From the NCBI GenBank assembly GCA_963662545.2, contig CAXXLL010000003.1, positions 768,001 through 832,000 of the forward strand: a DNA stretch of 64,000 nucleotides, in the 5' to 3' direction. Under the pieces are notes generated by a model. The model saw only the letters and a program-made list of their open reading frames with translations, was not told the DNA's origin and made no database searches. Each line of letters begins with the position of its first letter. The first letter of the stretch is position 1. Positions 1 through 8,879 of this stretch are shown piece after piece. This DNA is from Gammaproteobacteria bacterium. GTDB lineage: Bacteria; Pseudomonadota; Gammaproteobacteria; Ga0077536. The position numbers and the translations under genes are program-made.

Positions 1-925
1 CAGAAACCTGAAAGAGGAAGGATTCAAAGTCAGCATCGATTCACTGGACACCCAAGAACTCCAACGAGGTATTGAAGCCGGTGCGGACTACGTTTTCAGT
101 CTCACGGAGAAAACGCTCGATTTGGTCGCGGAGCACGCCTGCGCGCCCATCCTGATCACCGAAGATCCTACCGATCTTGATTCGCTTTGCCGCACGATAG
201 AGACCTTCGCGAAACTAGACCGCCCCTTCTACGCGGATCCGGTACTCGATCCGATACACCACGGATTCACACTCTCGCTCAGCCGTTACAAAACGCTTCG
301 TGATCGGTTTCCCGACATTGAAATCATGATGGGCATCGGCAATCTGTCGGAACTGACACATGCCGACAGCCTCGGACTCAATACCCTGCTGATGGGCGTC
401 GTTTCGGAACTGCATATCACAGCCGTGTTGACGACCGAAGTCAGTGCCCATTGCCGTAGCGTGATACGGGAGCTCGATCGCGCGCGTCGCGTCATGTTTG
501 CCGCGCGCGCGGACAATACGCCGCCGCGTCACATCGACGAAACACTGCTCGCTCTGCACGAACGACACCCGTTTCCCTATTCGACCGAAGAGATCGCCGA
601 ATTCGCGGCCGATATCGCGGACGACAACTTCAGGATACAGATCAGCGCCGATGGCATTCACGTATACAATCGCAAGGGCCTTCACGTGGCGCAGGATCCT
701 TACGAACTCTACCCCACTCTCGAAGTCGACGATGACGCGCCTCACGCTTTCTATCTCGGTCTCGAACTTGCGAGGGCCCAGATCGCATGGCAACTCGGCA
801 AGCGGTATGCGCAGGACGAATCACTCGATTGGGGTTGCATCCTGCCTCAAGCGAACGACGACAAACTCGAATACGCACGCGCACGCAGTACCTTGAAAGC
901 CAGACGCCGGCGGCGTAAGCCCTAG
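1..925 (+). CDS. Dihydropteroate-synthase-related protein (Orf20/DUF6513-DUF4346-like, H4MPT pathway type), 5' truncated by window
   Basis: Frame is open from base 2 (RNLKEEGFKVSIDSLD...GADYVFSL) into ORF 122-925; motifs ADPVLDPIHHGF, MGIGNLSELTHADS, HAFYLGLELARAQIAWQLGKRYAQD. Confidence 0.75.
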   Translation, partial: RNLKEEGFKVSIDSLDTQELQRGIEAGADYVFSLTEKTLDLVAEHACAPILITEDPTDLDSLCRTIETFAKLDRPFYADPVLDPIHHGFTLSLSRYKTLRDRFPDIEIMMGIGNLSELTHADSLGLNTLLMGVVSELHITAVLTTEVSAHCRSVIRELDRARRVMFAARADNTPPRHIDETLLALHERHPFPYSTEEIAEFAADIADDNFRIQISADGIHVYNRKGLHVAQDPYELYPTLEVDDDAPHAFYLGLELARAQIAWQLGKRYAQDESLDWGCILPQANDDKLEYARARSTLKARRRRRKP

Positions 926-1034
926 TCCGCCTGTCGCATGAAGGAAAGCAGCTGCCTGCGCAGAGTAAGCACGTCTGGGTGAACGGCGCGGCCGCTAACG
1001 CCTTCGTACGTTAGGCGGGCTAGGCCGCCCCTTC

Positions 1035-2276
1035 CTATTCTTCGCCGGGCTTAGGGTGGACAGTCGCCAGACCGATCGGGATCAACAGCCATGCAAGCGT
1101 TGACCAATAAGAACCGTAAAAAGCCATATGGGCATTCAAGGGAAACCAGGCCACCAGGGCGCACAGCAACCAGGCCGGAAGTCCAAATCGCGACTGGGCT
1201 CGCAGCATTTCGCGACCCAGGAGAAGGGTAGCCCCAATCAATCCGAGAATGCCCAGTATGCCGGTTTCAATGGCGACCTCGAGGAAGAACAGGTGGGGGT
1301 GCGTCTGCCCGACCCCATTTCGCCGCAACCAGAAATCCTCTTCATCGGCGTACGCCACATAGGCATAACGGAACCCGCGGGGCCCGATCCCCGCAATCCA
1401 GTTATCGGCGAGCATCGAGGTACCGGTGCGCCACAGCGACAAGCGATTTGCCGTCGCCTCTTCGACCTCGACGGCGTCGGTGCTGAATACCCCGGCGCTC
1501 GATTGGAGGCGGTGCTTGAGTGCGGGATTGAAGAGCACCGTGGTGACGACAACGGTGAGGACGATCGCGATTGGAAGAACCGGCAGATCCCGGATGCGCT
1601 GTCGGTTGATTCTCAGGTGAAGAAACAGATATCCGGCCATGCCGACGAACAACATGATCCAGGCCGTACGCTTGAGAGACATCAGAATGACGATGATGAT
1701 CGGGAGCAACAGGAACCACGTTCGTGGCACGGAACGACACCAGCGGATGACCGCATCGACGCACAAGGGAGCGAATACGGCGAGAAACAGGCCCAGGCGC
1801 TGCTTGGGGTAGAAGACACCCTTCAAGATCTCGTCGTCATAAGGATAACCGAACAGATCGACGTGCCAGATCAACTGCGCAAACGCATCGAATCCTGCAA
1901 AAATCACGAGCACGGCCGTACCGAAGGTAACCAGGCGTAACACGTCGGCGTCACGGCATGCTGCGAGGACGAAGTAAGCCGCCGGCAGGAAATGAAAATA
2001 ACGCGCCGTCGTCCCCGCCGACCGCTCAAAATTGACGGCATCGAAAGAGGCGATCAGCATCGGGATCCAGATCAGGGCGAACACGATCAACAGGGTGCGC
2101 GCCTGCCCCGTGAGACAATCGCGCGGGCGCCAAACGATCTGCGCGAGGCCGAGAAGCGACATCAGCGCGACTGGGTAATGAACGTAATTTTCGGTTGCAA
2201 ACAGCGCGAAAGAAATAAGGATCAACACCGCTTTGGCGTATACCCCAGAGGACGAAACGCACGAGATGGCGGTCAT
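1035..2276 (-). CDS. O-antigen ligase (Wzy_C) family membrane protein
   Basis: Many TM helices; RLSLW..G..M....WIAGIGPRGF and HPHLFFLEVAIETGILG motifs. Confidence 0.8.
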   Translation of the reverse strand: MTAISCVSSSGVYAKAVLILISFALFATENYVHYPVALMSLLGLAQIVWRPRDCLTGQARTLLIVFALIWIPMLIASFDAVNFERSAGTTARYFHFLPAAYFVLAACRDADVLRLVTFGTAVLVIFAGFDAFAQLIWHVDLFGYPYDDEILKGVFYPKQRLGLFLAVFAPLCVDAVIRWCRSVPRTWFLLLPIIIVILMSLKRTAWIMLFVGMAGYLFLHLRINRQRIRDLPVLPIAIVLTVVVTTVLFNPALKHRLQSSAGVFSTDAVEVEEATANRLSLWRTGTSMLADNWIAGIGPRGFRYAYVAYADEEDFWLRRNGVGQTHPHLFFLEVAIETGILGILGLIGATLLLGREMLRAQSRFGLPAWLLCALVAWFPLNAHMAFYGSYWSTLAWLLIPIGLATVHPKPGEE

Positions 2277-2330
2277 GTCGTCTCGAGATGGCGTAGGTAG
2301 AGGTTGATTGTGAAGGCGCGGATCGTCGGC

Positions 2331-3119
2331 TCAGCCAAGAGCGGCGACCAGCTTTTGGTGCGTTCGCTCGGGTTGCTCGCTCATCAAAATATGGCCGCAT
2401 CGATCGATGAGCTCGATCGAGCAATTCGCTATCACAGAGGCCAGATCCAAGGCTGCCCGGTACGGCGCCATCCGGTCTTGCGCGCCACAGATAATCGTCG
2501 TCACGGCGGTGACCTGCGCGGCCGCTTTCGTGCCGCGTAAATAGGCATTGCTGGCGCACAAGTCATTGAACAGAAGGCCCGATTGCGCGCGCTCCAACAG
2601 CCGTGACGCGGTATTCATGACATGGATGCCCGCGACCGGGTTAGCACCGAATTGAGCATGGAAGCCATGCCCCCAGAGCATCATCATGTCGCGCGCTTGA
2701 GGACGATCCTCGCGTGCGGCATCGAGCAATTGCTCACTGACGGGCATCGGAACCGCCGCGCCCAAGAGCGCAAGCCGCTCGACCCGGGAGCCGCCGGTCG
2801 CGGCCGTTTCCAGCGCCACCAGAGCACCCATGCTATGCCCCGCAATGGCAGCCGTTTCGATCCCAAACGCATCCATGCATCGCAACAACCATCCCGCCAT
2901 GGCTTCCACGGAGGTGATGGCCGCGCCGTTGGAACGACCGTGAGCCGGCAGATCAGGTGCGATCACGGAACGGCCGATGTGCATGAAATAGCGCGTGTGC
3001 ATAGCCCAAACGGTGTGGTCCATCGCGGCTCCGTGTACGAGTACTACCGGTGGCGCCGGAGAAGCCTCCGCGATTCTTCCAGCGGCGAATACCGTGTGAC
3101 CGTCGACTTCAGCGTACAT
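2331..3119 (-). CDS. Alpha/beta fold hydrolase
   Basis: LVHGAAMDH, DLPAHGRS, GHSMG nucleophile elbow, C-terminal GH. Confidence 0.9.
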   Translation of the reverse strand: MYAEVDGHTVFAAGRIAEASPAPPVVLVHGAAMDHTVWAMHTRYFMHIGRSVIAPDLPAHGRSNGAAITSVEAMAGWLLRCMDAFGIETAAIAGHSMGALVALETAATGGSRVERLALLGAAVPMPVSEQLLDAAREDRPQARDMMMLWGHGFHAQFGANPVAGIHVMNTASRLLERAQSGLLFNDLCASNAYLRGTKAAAQVTAVTTIICGAQDRMAPYRAALDLASVIANCSIELIDRCGHILMSEQPERTHQKLVAALG

Positions 3120-3125
3120 CGCTGA

Positions 3126-4424
3126 TCACCCTTTCTGCGATTGGTATATGGCCCGGGACAAATCGTCGATGAGATCGGAAACATTCTCCAGCCCCACCGA
3201 TAAGCGCACTAAGCCCTCGGATATGCCCGCGGCACGCAGCGCTTCGTCGTCCATGCGGCTGTGGGTCGTCGACGCCGGGTGAATGACGAGAGATTTTGCG
3301 TCTCCAACATTGGCCAGGTGCGAAAAAATCTGCAGCCCCTCGATCAGTTTCCTCCCGGCCGCGCGCCCGCCGCGTATCTCGAAACTGAACACCGCGCCGG
3401 CGCCCTTCGGTAACAAGCGTTTCGCGAGTTCGTGATCCGGATGTGCAGCCAGTGCCGGATAGGTCACGCTATTGATCACTTCCTGGGCGTCCAGAAACTC
3501 GGCAATCGCCGTCGCGTTAGCCACGTGCCGCTCCATGCGCAAGGGCAATGTCTCCAATCCCTGCAAGAGGTGAACTGCCGTTACCGGACTCATCACCGCC
3601 CCGAAATCACGCAGTCCCTCGCGCCGCGCGCGGATGATGAATGCCGCGGGACCGAATTCCTCGACGAAATTCAGTCCATGAAACCCTTCGTACGGTGTAC
3701 ACAAGGTGGCGAAGCGCTTCGGATCCTGATCCCAGTCGAAACGTCCGCCATCGATCACCGCGCCGCCCAGTGCAATGCCGTGCCCCCCGATGAATTTGGT
3801 GAGCGAGTGCACCAGGATATCGGCGCCGAGTTCGAGTGGTTGCATCAGGTAAGGCGTAGTCAAGGTTGGATCGAGAACCAAGGGCAAGCCGTGCTCGTGG
3901 GCGAGATCGGCGATCACGGGAACGTCGAGGATCTCGCAGCGCGGGTTACCGATGGTTTCAGCGTAGATCATAACCGTGTTACCGCGAATGGCGTCGCGAA
4001 ACGCCGCCGGATCGCGTGGATCAACGAAAGTCGTTTCGATGCCGAAACGCGGCAGCGTGTAGCTGAACAGATTGTGCGTGCCGCCGTAGAGCGAGCGCGA
4101 GGAAACAATATGGCTGCCGCTGCCGGCCAGCGTCGCGATGGCGAGGTGAATGGCCGCCATGCCACTGGCGGTCGCGACAGCGCCGACGCCTTTTTCGAGC
4201 ACCGCGAGGCGCTCTTCCAAAACGCTTACAGTCGGATTCGAAATGCGCGAATACACGTGCCCGGAACGCGCGATGTCGAACCGAGAGCCCGCTTGATCGC
4301 TGTCTTTGAACACGAACGAAACCGTCTGATAGACGGGGACTGCGCGGCTCCCCGTCGCCGGATCGGGTTCCTGCCCGGCATGTAGGGACAGGGTATCGAA
4401 TCCCAGGTATTTGGGTCCTGACAT
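3126..4424 (-). CDS. metY: O-acetylhomoserine aminocarboxypropyltransferase/sulfhydrylase (PLP)
   Basis: YSRISNPT, HSLTKFIGGHG (PLP Lys), HLANVGDAKSLVIHPASTTH. Confidence 0.85.
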   Translation of the reverse strand: MSGPKYLGFDTLSLHAGQEPDPATGSRAVPVYQTVSFVFKDSDQAGSRFDIARSGHVYSRISNPTVSVLEERLAVLEKGVGAVATASGMAAIHLAIATLAGSGSHIVSSRSLYGGTHNLFSYTLPRFGIETTFVDPRDPAAFRDAIRGNTVMIYAETIGNPRCEILDVPVIADLAHEHGLPLVLDPTLTTPYLMQPLELGADILVHSLTKFIGGHGIALGGAVIDGGRFDWDQDPKRFATLCTPYEGFHGLNFVEEFGPAAFIIRARREGLRDFGAVMSPVTAVHLLQGLETLPLRMERHVANATAIAEFLDAQEVINSVTYPALAAHPDHELAKRLLPKGAGAVFSFEIRGGRAAGRKLIEGLQIFSHLANVGDAKSLVIHPASTTHSRMDDEALRAAGISEGLVRLSVGLENVSDLIDDLSRAIYQSQKG

Positions 4425-4440
4425 GGAAGTATCCTGCTAG

Positions 4441-4600
4441 CAGCCTGTCGGACTTAGGGAATCGTAGCGAGGCGGTTGGGAGAGCGGTCTGAGAGGTGTC
4501 ATGGTTTGAGGCGAATAGTGGGGCTATGTAACGAGAACCATGGCACATCTGGACCGCGATCCCAACGCCGCAGTAGATTCTTCTTAAGTCCGACAGGCTG
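4441..4600. mobile_element. MITE (160 bp), copy 1
   Basis: 16-bp terminal inverted repeats CAGCCTGTCGGACTTA/TAAGTCCGACAGGCTG flanked by CTAG/CTAA; near-identical copy at 53170-53392. Confidence 0.85.
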
Positions 4601-4639
4601 CTAAACGCAGCGGGCATGTTATCGCGGATGCGAAACGGG

Positions 4640-4670
4640 AAAAAAAAGCCCCGCCATAAACCAGCGGGGC
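4640..4670 (-). terminator. Rho-independent terminator
   Basis: Minus strand GCCCCGC-loop-GCGGGGC followed by T8. Confidence 0.75.
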
Positions 4671-5005
4671 GAAAGAGCGTTGGTCGTGCACTAATACGAC
4701 CGATTGACACTATCCGGACATCGCGGGGCGGACATTGATTCGCCGTAAACATGACTCGGCCGATATCATTGCCCGCCTCGGTACTCGACCGCGCAGTGCG
4801 CCGGTAGTGACGGGAACGGACCCGTCGGGTCAATACAATGCAATAAGGTTGCCAACTTGATAGGTCATTCATTTATAAAGAGTTTTAATGGGGCAGCCGG
4901 CGCGGTCACCCTGATTTTGTAAAGAATCTTGACAGTTTCGCCGGCGCCGGCGCGCTTAAAAGCGAGTTTTTTGTATATAAGCTTTTGTTTTGACGTAACT
5001 TTCCT

Positions 5006-6061
5006 TCATTTTGATGCGGTGTCAAATTTCTTGACACCCGGCGCCTTTCGCAAACCTGCCCGAAACAGCTTGGCACGCACCGTCTGGCGGTATTCTGAGG
5101 GGGTGACCGACATTTCCCGCCCGAACAAGCGCGCGAAGTGACCCGCGTCTTCGTAACCGACGCGGTATGCCACCTCGCTGATAGTGAGATTGGTGTTTTC
5201 CAATAATCCTTTTGCAAACCTGACACGCTCGCGCTGCCAAAAAGAACGTGGACTGGTACCCAGCGCCGCGAGAAAGCGCCGGTTGAGGGTACGAGAACTA
5301 GTGCGCAGGCGCGTGGCGAGTTCAGCGATGGTGATCTGAGTCGACAGGTTGTTTTCGATCCAGGCCTGCGCTTCGACGACGAGTTCGTCGTCGAGCGGCG
5401 AGTTTTCGCCATCCATGTACCGGTATTCTTCGTAGGTACGCCGGATTTCATGCGAAAAATTTCGTTCGACGTGATGAGCGGTCGCGCGATCGTATGCACG
5501 TTCTATCAGGTTTACCGTCACGTCAGCGAGCGAATTGATGCTCGCCGCGCAGTACAGCGACCCTGCTTGTGTGATGAAGAACTGGCGTTTCAGATCGACG
5601 CGGGGGAATTCCCGTTCGAACGTTTCGAAATAGTACCAATGTGTCGTCGCCGCCTTGCCGTCCAGTAATCCCGACGCCGCCAGCAGACTGACACCGGTAC
5701 CGACGGCCGCGATATCCGCTCCGCGTTCGAACTGCCGGACCAACCACGGCCGCAGCCGTGCTCTGACGACCCCGGTCCGAGCCGGGTTGCGCCACAACGC
5801 GGGCAAATAGACGACATCGAAATCAGGATGGCTGTCGAGCGTGCAGTTCGGCGTAATGGGCAGCCGGCCGAACTGACCGGGAAGATCTTCGCCGCAGGAA
5901 ACCAGTCGCAGGCCTGCCGAACGGCCCCCACGCCGCTGACCCCGCCGGTAATCGTCCGCTGCGGCCCACATCTCGTATGGCAAGGCGGTACCGGTGGTCA
6001 GCATGCCGGGCGTCAGCACGAACCCTATCGTGAGCACGTCGTGATCGAAGGTCTCGGGCAT
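5006..6061 (-). CDS. GlxA-type AraC family regulator (DJ-1/PfpI + HTH)
   Basis: LLDGKAATTHW; C-terminal ISEVAYRVGYEDAGHFARLF. Confidence 0.9.
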   Translation of the reverse strand: MPETFDHDVLTIGFVLTPGMLTTGTALPYEMWAAADDYRRGQRRGGRSAGLRLVSCGEDLPGQFGRLPITPNCTLDSHPDFDVVYLPALWRNPARTGVVRARLRPWLVRQFERGADIAAVGTGVSLLAASGLLDGKAATTHWYYFETFEREFPRVDLKRQFFITQAGSLYCAASINSLADVTVNLIERAYDRATAHHVERNFSHEIRRTYEEYRYMDGENSPLDDELVVEAQAWIENNLSTQITIAELATRLRTSSRTLNRRFLAALGTSPRSFWQRERVRFAKGLLENTNLTISEVAYRVGYEDAGHFARLFGREMSVTPSEYRQTVRAKLFRAGLRKAPGVKKFDTASK

Positions 6062-6174
6062 TCAGATGATCGGGATCAGCGTCTTAAATGACCAATAATA
6101 TGGCGCATTTGGCCTCAAACAGCCACCCCGACACTCCATAGAATACCGTCGATTGTTTTAACCGGAGGGGTTGC

Positions 6175-8070
6175 ATGACTCGATTGCCCGTGATCGTCGG
6201 CTTTGGCGGAGTCGGACCTGCCGGTCGTTCTTCGTTTCACCACGCTTACGACCGCATCATCTGGGAAAGCCTCGATCGGCGTCGCCGCCGCACCACCGTT
6301 ACCGCACTCTCTTCGATGATGAATCTCGCCTTCGAGCGGGACGGCGAACTGCGTGCACCGGACGGCACCGAAATCGATTCGCCGGCTTACGCGGAACTCG
6401 AGGCGAAGGTCCTCGCGGGAACACTCATCCGGCGCTTGGAGACTACCCACTTCGATCCGGACAGCGTGCCGGTCAACACGCCGCTAGCTATCACTGCCGT
6501 CAGCGGCACGCAGAGCATCCTCACCATCAGCGAGCGCGATCTGCCCGATCCGCTGCCCGCGGGCTGGCAGGTCGTTTCCAAGGCCGAGGGACGAGTCATC
6601 GTGCGGGTCGAGTGTGGTCAGCTGTGGGTCGAGACGCGGCGCAAACTGGCCGTGCAGTCTGCCGGACAATTACCGTCGGGCTTTGATCCCGCAGCACTCT
6701 ACAAATCACGATTTCATCCGCGCGGTTTGCAGCTCGTGATCATCGCCGCATCCGATGCGGTTCGTTCGATGGGTATCGAATGGTCGACCATTGTGGAAAC
6801 GGTACGTCCTGACGAAATCGCGGTCTATGCTGCTAGCGCAATGGCGCAACTCGACGGCAACGGTACCGGCGGCATGCTGCAGGCACGATTGCGCGGCAAT
6901 CGTGTCAGCTCGAAACAACTCCCGCTCGGTTTGAATACCATGCCCGCCGATTTCGTCAATGCTTATGTACTCGGCAGCGTTGGTGCGACGGGTGCTAATG
7001 CGGGCGCCTGTGCGACATTTCTCTACAACCTCCGCCTTGCCGTTGAGGACATCCAAAGCGGGCGCCGGCGGATCGCTGTGGTCGGTAACGGCGAGGCACC
7101 GCTGGTTCCGGAGGTCATCGAAGGTTACGCCGCGATGAGCGCGCTCGCCACCGACGACAACTTGTGCCGGCTCGATGGCAGCGACACGCCCGACTACCGC
7201 CGCGCCAGCCGGCCGTTCGGCGAGAACTGCGGCTTCACGCTGGGCGAATCCGGACAATATTTCGTGCTCATGGACGACGCGCTGGCAGTGCAGCTGGGGG
7301 CGCAGATCCACGGCGCCGTCACGGACGTATTCGTCAACGCCGACGGCTTCAAGAAATCCATATCTGCGCCCGGCCCGGGCAATTACATCACGCTCGGAAA
7401 AGCGGTTGCGGGCGCACGATCGCTGTTCGGGGACGCTGCCGTGCGCGATCGAAGCTTCGTTCAGGCACACGGATCCAGCACACCGCAAAACCGGACGACA
7501 GAGACACGCATCCTCGACCGCGTCGCGGCAGCATTTGAGATCAAGGAATGGCCGGTGACGGCGGTGAAGGCCTTCGTCGGCCACCCTCTTGCTCCCGCGA
7601 GCGGCGATCAGTTGGTCAATGCACTCGGTGTGCTGCGGCATGGCATCCTGCCCGGCATCAAAACGCTGGACCGTCTGGCCGATGATCTTTATAACGAACG
7701 CCTCAACATCCCGCTGTCAGACATCGATCTGGGCGAGCGTGCGCAGATCGCCTTTCTCAATTCAAAGGGCTTCGGCGGCAACAACGCGACTGGAACAGTG
7801 GTCTCACCTGCGGCTACCGAAGCGATGCTGACTAAACGATATGGCGCGAAGGCGATGTCCGCCTACCGCGCTAAGCGCGAGGCGGTTGAAGCTGAAGCAC
7901 TGGCCTACGACAGTGAGTGTCATGCTGGCCCGATGCAGCCGATCTACCGCTTCGGCGAAGCGTTGATCAACGAGGACGCGATCGCATTCGAAGGCGGTGA
8001 ACTCTCTATCCCCGGTTATAAACTAGGCGTGGAACTGTCCGGCAAAAACCTTTATCCAGACATGGTCTGA
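6175..8070 (+). CDS. fabY: Beta-ketoacyl synthase, FabY-like initiating KAS
   Basis: N-terminus MTRLPVIVGFGG..AGRSSFHH and 631-aa length as in Pseudomonas FabY; GACAT (catalytic Cys), AHGSSTPQN, NSKGFGGNNA. Confidence 0.8.
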   Translation: MTRLPVIVGFGGVGPAGRSSFHHAYDRIIWESLDRRRRRTTVTALSSMMNLAFERDGELRAPDGTEIDSPAYAELEAKVLAGTLIRRLETTHFDPDSVPVNTPLAITAVSGTQSILTISERDLPDPLPAGWQVVSKAEGRVIVRVECGQLWVETRRKLAVQSAGQLPSGFDPAALYKSRFHPRGLQLVIIAASDAVRSMGIEWSTIVETVRPDEIAVYAASAMAQLDGNGTGGMLQARLRGNRVSSKQLPLGLNTMPADFVNAYVLGSVGATGANAGACATFLYNLRLAVEDIQSGRRRIAVVGNGEAPLVPEVIEGYAAMSALATDDNLCRLDGSDTPDYRRASRPFGENCGFTLGESGQYFVLMDDALAVQLGAQIHGAVTDVFVNADGFKKSISAPGPGNYITLGKAVAGARSLFGDAAVRDRSFVQAHGSSTPQNRTTETRILDRVAAAFEIKEWPVTAVKAFVGHPLAPASGDQLVNALGVLRHGILPGIKTLDRLADDLYNERLNIPLSDIDLGERAQIAFLNSKGFGGNNATGTVVSPAATEAMLTKRYGAKAMSAYRAKREAVEAEALAYDSECHAGPMQPIYRFGEALINEDAIAFEGGELSIPGYKLGVELSGKNLYPDMV

Positions 8071-8075
8071 CCACT

Positions 8076-8501
8076 ATGCGTACTGATCAAAACAGTGGCG
8101 CAGATCATTGTTTCGTATGCGGTAGCGCCAATCCGATCGGCCTGAAACTCGAGTTTACCGTCGACGGCGATGTTTGCAGCGGTGAATTCACGTCCGCCGC
8201 CAACCATGCCGGCTTCGATGGCCTTACCCACGGTGGAATTATTTTCAGCGTACTCGATGACGCAATGGCGAACTGGTTTTTCCTTCAAGGTGCCCGCGGT
8301 TATACGGCCAAATCTCAAATTCGATATCGAGAAGCAATGCCCCTCGGCAGTACGGCCACGATCGAATGCACCATGACCAAACGCAAAGGCCGCCTCATTC
8401 AGCTCACGGCGCGCGCGATAAACCGCGACACCGGTAATGTAATCGCCGAAAGCGACGGCAGTTTCATGTTGGAGAATTTTGGTGATCTACCGTCCTCGTA
8501 A
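8076..8501 (+). CDS. PaaI/hotdog thioesterase
   Basis: CFVCG.ANPIGL, HGGIIFSVLDDAM. Confidence 0.85.
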   Translation: MRTDQNSGADHCFVCGSANPIGLKLEFTVDGDVCSGEFTSAANHAGFDGLTHGGIIFSVLDDAMANWFFLQGARGYTAKSQIRYREAMPLGSTATIECTMTKRKGRLIQLTARAINRDTGNVIAESDGSFMLENFGDLPSS

Positions 8502-8506
8502 CGCTC

Positions 8507-8740
8507 ATGTCGGATAAATCCTGCTCATCTTGCGGTGTAATCTTCGCCTGCGGCCGCGATGAAGACGATTGCTGGTGCCAATCCCTGCCCCCCTTATCGC
8601 GATCGGCGATTGACGCGGCTTCGAACTGCCTGTGTCAGGCTTGCCTCGAGCCGCGTACCCGTCAGAATCGAGAAGTCCGTGCCCACGGCGCCGTAAGCGA
8701 TGCTCCCGAATCCGATCCTGATTCTCCGGCATCAGCATAA
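8507..8740 (+). CDS. Cysteine-rich CWC family small protein
   Basis: CSSCG..FACG....CWC.....CLCQACL pattern. Confidence 0.7.
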   Translation: MSDKSCSSCGVIFACGRDEDDCWCQSLPPLSRSAIDAASNCLCQACLEPRTRQNREVRAHGAVSDAPESDPDSPASA

Positions 8741-8879
8741 TCACCCGCCCGGGTTTTTTGCCGAATTCCTCGCGCGCGCCGGCTTGGCGACGATGACGCG
8801 GCGCGCCGGAACGATCGATGGTTGATCGGGTCGAATGCCCAGGAAGACTTTGCTTCATGGGAGGCAGCGTTGCAATCGC

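Noticed and set aside
985-1030. GCTAAC...GTTAGG hairpin as an attC site
   Set aside because: Too short, and lies between convergent genes; better explained as a terminator-like hairpin
1128-4385. Long antisense ORFs (e.g. 1128-1940, 3432-4385; also 6706-7641, 46975-47853)
   Set aside because: Shadow frames of GC-rich genes with no recognisable motifs
5018-5038. Palindrome GGTGTCAA-N5-TTGACACC as an operator
   Set aside because: Single occurrence inside the 3' end of the AraC ORF; cannot be tied to a regulator or promoter
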